From contig CAZQLY010000008.1 of assembly GCA_964594455.1 (NCBI GenBank), positions 42-64,041 of the forward strand: a stretch of 64,000 nucleotides of DNA, written 5' to 3'. The stretch comes from an uncultured Gammaproteobacteria bacterium. GTDB taxonomy: Bacteria > Patescibacteriota > Patescibacteriia > JAHIZJ01. The position numbers and the translations under genes are program-made. Shown here one piece after another: positions 59,361-64,000 of this stretch; positions within the stretch are counted from its first letter, which is position 1, and each line of letters begins with the position of its first letter. The notes beneath the pieces were generated by a model. It had not been told where the DNA came from and ran no database searches. It was given only the letters and a program-made list of their open reading frames with translations.

Positions 59361-59554
59361 TAGCCGTCGTTCTCTGCTCGCCTTCCGGATGAATTAACAT
59401 TTAAGACAAATCTCCCTGCCGTCTTTTCCTTTCAGCCTGGTTTCGGAATACTGAAACTGAGCTGAGGGTTTCTTCGCCGGAGGTGGGCAGTGATTGGCGT
59501 GTAAACAACTGACTTTTTTGAAACCCGATTTGATGATATACTCTATTCGGGAGA

Positions 59555-59935
59555 TTGGATATGAAATTGTCTCTAATAGGCACAAAAGTCAAAACAAGAA
59601 AAAAAACAGTACTTGATACTACCAAGTTGGCGGTCGTACTGTTCGGAGGCGTTTTTTTGGGCATCATGGTAATAGCTATTGCCAAGCACGATAAAGTAGA
59701 CGAAGAATTAAATACTAATACCACAGCAGAAGTAGAGGTTCCTTTGCCGGCTGGGTCTTTGTCAGAAAACGAGTGTATCAAGTACGGTGCTGATGACTGT
59801 CCTTCGGGCTGTGAAGTATGCATTCCTGATCCAACCTTCAAGGATCAGGCCTGTCATTCAGAAACAGTTTGTGATCAGATACAAGTTTATCTTGAGTGGC
59901 TGGATATGTTAAAACAGAGTTTAGTAGAAGAATAA
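59555..59935 (+). CDS. Small Cys-rich membrane-anchored protein (126 aa)
   Basis: SD GGGAGA 7 nt upstream. N-terminal TM (LAVVLFGGVFLGIMVIAIA), six Cys in the C-terminal half (CIKYGADDCPSGCEVCIPD...C...C). Confidence 0.5.
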   Translation: MDMKLSLIGTKVKTRKKTVLDTTKLAVVLFGGVFLGIMVIAIAKHDKVDEELNTNTTAEVEVPLPAGSLSENECIKYGADDCPSGCEVCIPDPTFKDQACHSETVCDQIQVYLEWLDMLKQSLVEE

Positions 59936-59954
59936 TCTTATTTCACAAAAAACA

Positions 59955-59982
59955 AAAAGCCCTTTAACGGGCTGTTTTTGTT
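59955..59982. terminator. Bidirectional terminator between the Cys-rich ORF (+) and the ABC permease (-)
   Basis: AAAAAGCCCTTTAACGGGCTGTTTTTGTT. Confidence 0.75.
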
Positions 59983-60024
59983 ACCAGGCGGCCATGCATT
60001 TATTAGTGGGTTGTTGCTAGAATA

Positions 60025-61149
60025 TTAGGTGCGTTCGACTTTGAAAGTTTTCCAGGCGAGTATAAAAGATACGACTATCCAGCCGCCCAAAATAGCGAAC
60101 TGATAGGGGAAGTCAGACAGCGGGGCGGCGTTGATTGAAATACCGCGTAGTATTTTCAACAGTGAAGTCAAAGGTAAGAAATCGACTATTTTTTCCACCA
60201 TTGTCGGCAGCATGTCAGGCGAGAAGAAGACTCCAGACAAGAACATCATCGGTGTGGTAATAGCATTGGCCATGGCTTCGGCCGTGTTGACTGTTCGGGC
60301 TATGCCAGCCACAAAGAATCCGATATTGAGGAAGATAATTGTTCCAAGCAGAGTGATCAAGACCATATTCAAATAACTGCCGTAGACCTGGATCCCAAAG
60401 AATACCCGTCCCACTCCCAGGATCAATCCGATTTGTATAAGGGCTAGGAAAAGGTGTGAACCTACTTCAGATATCAAGAAGCTGGATATCTTGATCGGCG
60501 TAGCCATGAAACGCTTGAGTATTTTTCTTTCGCGATAGCGGGTGATGCCGACCGCAATACCGATGATAGAGGAAAACATTATCGACATTCCCAGCACGCC
60601 TGGCATGATGAAGTCCAGGTATTTTATATCCTGGCCGGTGACCGTTTCTGTTTCAACTGCGAAAAGTCTGGGCGTCTGATTTATCTGAAGGTTTAATTCG
60701 TTTAAAAATTGATTTAATACACTGACAATAACCGGACTCTGTTGATTGGATTCATCTAACATTACAGAAAAGGTAATGGGTTCTGGCTCGGCTGCAGTAT
60801 CGGCTGGCCGGCCACTGGCTTGAGCAAAAAGCAGACCGTATGATTCCGGAATAGTAATCATGCCATCCAGCTCTCCTTCACGGATTAGATCGATAGCTTT
60901 TTCTTTTGAACTGACTTTTGTTTCCTCAAAGATTTCCATATCCAGTATTTGTGATTTCAACTGGGCTGAAGCTTCGGTATTTGAATTGTCTATAATAGCC
61001 ACATTGAAATTAGTCGGCGTGTCGAAGTTGAATAATCCGAATATTATCAAGAACAACAAAGGGAAGACCAAAGACCAGAAGAGCGCCTGCCGGTCACGCA
61101 GAGTCATTTTTATATTAGCGATCCATAATTTGTAGGTGGGGCTATTCAC
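60025..61149 (-). CDS. ABC-2 family transporter permease
   Basis: 6 TM helices in the C-terminal half, with a large N-terminal extracytoplasmic loop after TM1. Confidence 0.75.
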   Translation of the reverse strand: MNSPTYKLWIANIKMTLRDRQALFWSLVFPLLFLIIFGLFNFDTPTNFNVAIIDNSNTEASAQLKSQILDMEIFEETKVSSKEKAIDLIREGELDGMITIPESYGLLFAQASGRPADTAAEPEPITFSVMLDESNQQSPVIVSVLNQFLNELNLQINQTPRLFAVETETVTGQDIKYLDFIMPGVLGMSIMFSSIIGIAVGITRYRERKILKRFMATPIKISSFLISEVGSHLFLALIQIGLILGVGRVFFGIQVYGSYLNMVLITLLGTIIFLNIGFFVAGIARTVNTAEAMANAITTPMMFLSGVFFSPDMLPTMVEKIVDFLPLTSLLKILRGISINAAPLSDFPYQFAILGGWIVVSFILAWKTFKVERT

Positions 61150-61984
61150 GGAGCTTGCTCCCGGTTAAATTTAAAAATACGTCTTCCAGAGTAGCCCGAT
61201 GAATCTCTATCCCGCGCAGTTTATTGCCATTCTGCTTGGTCCATTGGATCAGGGGAGGAATGGTGATTGAAGCGTGGGCAATATTTAGACGGTAGATGCC
61301 TTCACCATTTTTCTGGCTATCGATAACACCAGCGATTTTTTGGAACTCGTTGGGATCGACTTGGTTTTTTTCCAAACGAAAGCTGAGATGAGCTGAAGCT
61401 TCAAGCTGGTCGATTAAAATATCCGGAGAGTCTAAAGCCACAATCTTTCCGTGATCAATAACACCCACCCGGTCACACAGCTCTTCCGCTTCTTCCATAT
61501 AATGAGTAGTCAATACAATGGTTCGGCCTTGCTCGTTTATCTTTCTGATAAATTTCCACATATAGCGCCGGGCTTGGGGGTCTAAACCAGTAGTGGGTTC
61601 ATCCAGAAAAACTATTTCCGGTTCATTCACCAGACTGACGGCAATTGAAAAGCGCTGCTGCTGTCCGCCCGAGAGGTGTTTGACTAGGGCTTTTCTTTTC
61701 TCGGTCAGATCGACCACTTCCAGCAGTTTACCAAAGTCAGCCTGCTGAGGATAAAAGCAGCCAAACAGTTTTAATATTTCAATCAAGCTGAGGTGGTCAA
61801 AGAAAGATGAAGACTGCAGCTGGATGCCGATTTTTTCTTTTACCTTCTGGGATTCTTTTTGAGAATCATGGCCCAGTACTTTGGTAGTGCCGCTGGTTTG
61901 TTTTTGTAGGCCCTCGATTATTTCCAGAGTGGTAGCGTCTTGGGGAAATTTTTTGACCAGGTCATTAACTTCAATAATTGACAT
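61142..61984 (-). CDS. ABC transporter ATP-binding protein with an in-frame loss of the Walker A/P-loop region (possibly degenerate)
   Basis: Has the Q-loop, signature LSGGQQQRFSIA, Walker B IVFLDEPTTGLD and H-loop. The N-terminus reads ...FPQDATTLEIIEGLQKQTSGTTKV with no GxxGxGKS/T motif. About 25-30 residues are missing relative to canonical NBDs. Confidence 0.6.
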   Translation of the reverse strand: MSIIEVNDLVKKFPQDATTLEIIEGLQKQTSGTTKVLGHDSQKESQKVKEKIGIQLQSSSFFDHLSLIEILKLFGCFYPQQADFGKLLEVVDLTEKRKALVKHLSGGQQQRFSIAVSLVNEPEIVFLDEPTTGLDPQARRYMWKFIRKINEQGRTIVLTTHYMEEAEELCDRVGVIDHGKIVALDSPDILIDQLEASAHLSFRLEKNQVDPNEFQKIAGVIDSQKNGEGIYRLNIAHASITIPPLIQWTKQNGNKLRGIEIHRATLEDVFLNLTGSKLRE

Positions 61985-62088
61985 AGCAAGATTTTAGCAC
62001 ATTACAACATGTTGTTCAATTGGAAGATTTTCGGTATTTTTTAGTTGAGAATATATGATATCGAATGTAAATTTTTAATTCACTTTTA

Positions 62089-62895
62089 TCAAATAGTCTG
62101 GGCTTTTATTATCTTTAATAACTTCTGATGCAGAGTAGGAGATGTTGCGAGAAAAGTAAAATTGTCTTGTGGTCGAAAAAGGGCGTTTGAATAATTAATA
62201 GCATTTCCAAAAAAATCAGTGTAAACTCCGCCCGCTTCTTCAATGATTATCTGCTGTGCCACATTATCCCATATTTTGCTCGTGCGATTTAAAAAAGCGC
62301 CATAATTTCCCTTGGACACCATGGCAGCATCAAAGACGCTATTGCTTGTTCGTAAGTTTCTGATATTCAAAACTATTTCAGCCAAGAGGGCACACTCATC
62401 TCTGGTAAATTTTGAATTCTCCTGATGTCCATCAATTCCATATGCCACAAGCGTTTTTTTCAAATCGCCTTCTTTGGTGACACTGATTTTTTTAGAATTA
62501 CAAAACGCACCTTGTCCTTTCTCGGCCACATAAATTTCAAAAAAGTTTGGCAAAGCTAATCCGCCAGCTATCGGAACATCATTTTTTAGCAATCCAAGCT
62601 CTATCCCATACAGTGGTGTTCCGTTGGCAAAGTTACTGGTACCGTCAATTGGATCAACAACCCAAGTGAAATTGGAATTATTATTGATAACGCCAGCTTC
62701 TTCATCAATGATGTTATGCTCGGGAAACTTGGTCTTGATTTTCTCAATCAATAGTTTTCCAATTTCCAAGTCAGTCTCGGTAAGCACCTGGTTATTGTCA
62801 TCTTCCTTAATGGTGGCAATAACTCTGCCAATACTTTTTCTTGCAACGTTCGAAGATTCTTCTAAAGATTGGGCGATAAAATTTTTGTATTTCAT
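62089..62895 (-). CDS. Inositol monophosphatase family protein (SuhB/IMPase-like)
   Basis: WVVDPIDGTSNFANGTPLYGIELGL metal-binding motif. Confidence 0.85.
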   Translation of the reverse strand: MKYKNFIAQSLEESSNVARKSIGRVIATIKEDDNNQVLTETDLEIGKLLIEKIKTKFPEHNIIDEEAGVINNNSNFTWVVDPIDGTSNFANGTPLYGIELGLLKNDVPIAGGLALPNFFEIYVAEKGQGAFCNSKKISVTKEGDLKKTLVAYGIDGHQENSKFTRDECALLAEIVLNIRNLRTSNSVFDAAMVSKGNYGAFLNRTSKIWDNVAQQIIIEEAGGVYTDFFGNAINYSNALFRPQDNFTFLATSPTLHQKLLKIIKAQTI

Positions 62896-62929
62896 AATGT
62901 AAAAAAAGTGAATTAAAATTTTTTTATTT

Positions 62930-63450
62930 CCAACGTCCGCGTATCATGGCCGTGGATAGAAGCGGAATGGCAGATATACACTGTTGTGCGGAGTAGCGCT
63001 TGTGTTTCGATTACTTTTATGTTCAATTGAAGCATCATAGAAGGTGGGGATGGATTGTTGGTTCCATCCCCGGAAGGTCAGACGTTGTGCTATGTTCGCG
63101 TCTTGCTTGGTTGAGTGGATTTTGTTCGTGCCTCATCGTGAAGCGGGCACCCTTCGGTTCTGAATGAAGGTAGTCCTGTCGCATGATGAGGTGGGAGTCC
63201 GGTAGCCTCGTTGACCCAGTCATCGAGCGCAGAGTCAGAATCAGCGTACTGGCACGTACAACCCCGACGCCGCGCTTCATCAGAACAAGGCTTGAGTGAG
63301 CTGGCCATGTCTCCTCCTTTCTGACCTTCTACAGTGCTTCAATTTTCAGAGGGCGCTATTACGTTTCGCAGTGATCCGACGTCTGGAGCGATAGCGGAAG
63401 ATGTTGAATACTGCGTGTTAGATGACCCGAAGGGCTTGAGTCGCCAAAAA
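62930..63450. other. GC-rich islet C (locally ~52-55% GC) with multiple hairpins; candidate structured RNA or foreign insertion
   Basis: Compositional break. An 8-bp hairpin GGGGATGG-ATTGTTGGTT-CCATCCCC at 63056-63081, several further stems, and GCTTGAGT motifs shared with islet A. Confidence 0.4.
63090..63308 (-). CDS. Hypothetical 72-aa Cys-containing micro-protein inside GC islet C
   Basis: Very strong SD AAAGGAGGAG 5 nt upstream of ATG. The overlapping 63035-63280 ORF is in another frame. Could be a byproduct of a GC-rich RNA gene. Confidence 0.25.
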   Translation of the reverse strand: MASSLKPCSDEARRRGCTCQYADSDSALDDWVNEATGLPPHHATGLPSFRTEGCPLHDEARTKSTQPSKTRT

Positions 63451-63451
63451 A

Positions 63452-63913
63452 TTATTCGTGAATTTCAAACTTATACTCAGTAAACACACCGTCTTTATAA
63501 ATGAATTTTCCAGAGAAAAAACCTTCTTGATCTAGCCACTTCATAAAGATTTTATCTGCCTCCCATAAATTCAAATCAAACAACTTGTCATCATCAATCC
63601 ATTCAAGATTCCCTTCATTCGATTCTATCAATTCTCCATCAAATTCAGTAATCACAAAAAGGAAAACATACCAAGTTTCTCCCTTGCTAAATTGAGGAAA
63701 TGTAAGCATACCTTTCATTGAAGGATTTTTTACATTCAATCCGCATTCTTCTTTGACTTCACGGATTATGCATTCTTCTGGAGTTTCCCCGTCTTCAATT
63801 TTACCACCAAGACCATTCCACTTTCCTTCGTGCATGTCGTTTTCCTTTTTGACACGATGAAGCATAAGGGTTTTTCTATTTTTTCTAATGTAACATAGTG
63901 TTGCGAGTTTCAT
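63452..63913 (-). CDS. NUDIX hydrolase (MutT-like)
   Basis: Nudix box GGKIEDGETPEECIIREVKEECGL. Confidence 0.85.
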   Translation of the reverse strand: MKLATLCYIRKNRKTLMLHRVKKENDMHEGKWNGLGGKIEDGETPEECIIREVKEECGLNVKNPSMKGMLTFPQFSKGETWYVFLFVITEFDGELIESNEGNLEWIDDDKLFDLNLWEADKIFMKWLDQEGFFSGKFIYKDGVFTEYKFEIHE

Positions 63914-64000
63914 ATTAAAATGTGATTAACAAATAAAAATTTTTTGGCTATTTCATCTAACGGCTTCGGAATGGGCGAAGTGGCCGAAGGTCTTCCGAAG

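Noticed and set aside
59394-59841. Minus-strand ORFs 59394-59585 and 59401-59841
   Set aside because: They span an intergenic terminator/promoter region and run antisense into the Cys-rich plus-strand gene, which has a proper SD. Likely spurious.

Overview
This is an AT-rich (~38-40% GC), densely packed bacterial window, consistent with a small-genome Patescibacteria/CPR-like organism; the lineage guess is inference. Main content, in order: (1) a ~15 kb minus-strand cell-surface glycan island (1-15.7 kb) with multiple GT2 and GT4 glycosyltransferases, two SAM methyltransferases, a CMP-sugar cytidylyltransferase, a CapK/F390-synthetase-like adenylating enzyme, a DUF362 protein and a polyprenyl-phosphate sugar transferase. 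(2) Dispersed dTDP-rhamnose genes (rmlA, rmlC, rmlB, rmlD), ahcY and a UDP-sugar dehydrogenase. (3) murA, an S41 C-terminal protease, acylphosphatase, rplI, pyrG, rpmA. (4) A type IV pilus cluster on the minus strand (pilB, pilC, two prepilin-like minor pilins of 442 and 205 aa, a 618-aa PilX-like protein, pilM, pilN, pilO-like), followed by a GT-C (PMT/ArnT-like) membrane glycosyltransferase. (5) A circularly permuted dcw cell-wall/division cluster: mraY...murD-ftsW-murG-murC-murB lies upstream of mraZ-rsmH-ftsL-ftsI-murF, and an MraZ-box promoter sits between the two halves. (6) ssb, an ABC-2 exporter whose ATPase lacks the Walker A P-loop, an inositol monophosphatase and a NUDIX hydrolase. 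Most unusual are three GC-elevated islets (about 50.48-50.90 kb, 56.34-56.80 kb, 62.93-63.45 kb). They are ORF-poor or carry only tiny ORFs with unusually strong Shine-Dalgarno sites, are rich in nested inverted repeats, and two of them share short motifs. I suspect structured ncRNAs (RNase P RNA, tmRNA or SRP-type) or foreign insertions but could not classify them by eye. No CRISPR array, transposase or integrase was seen.
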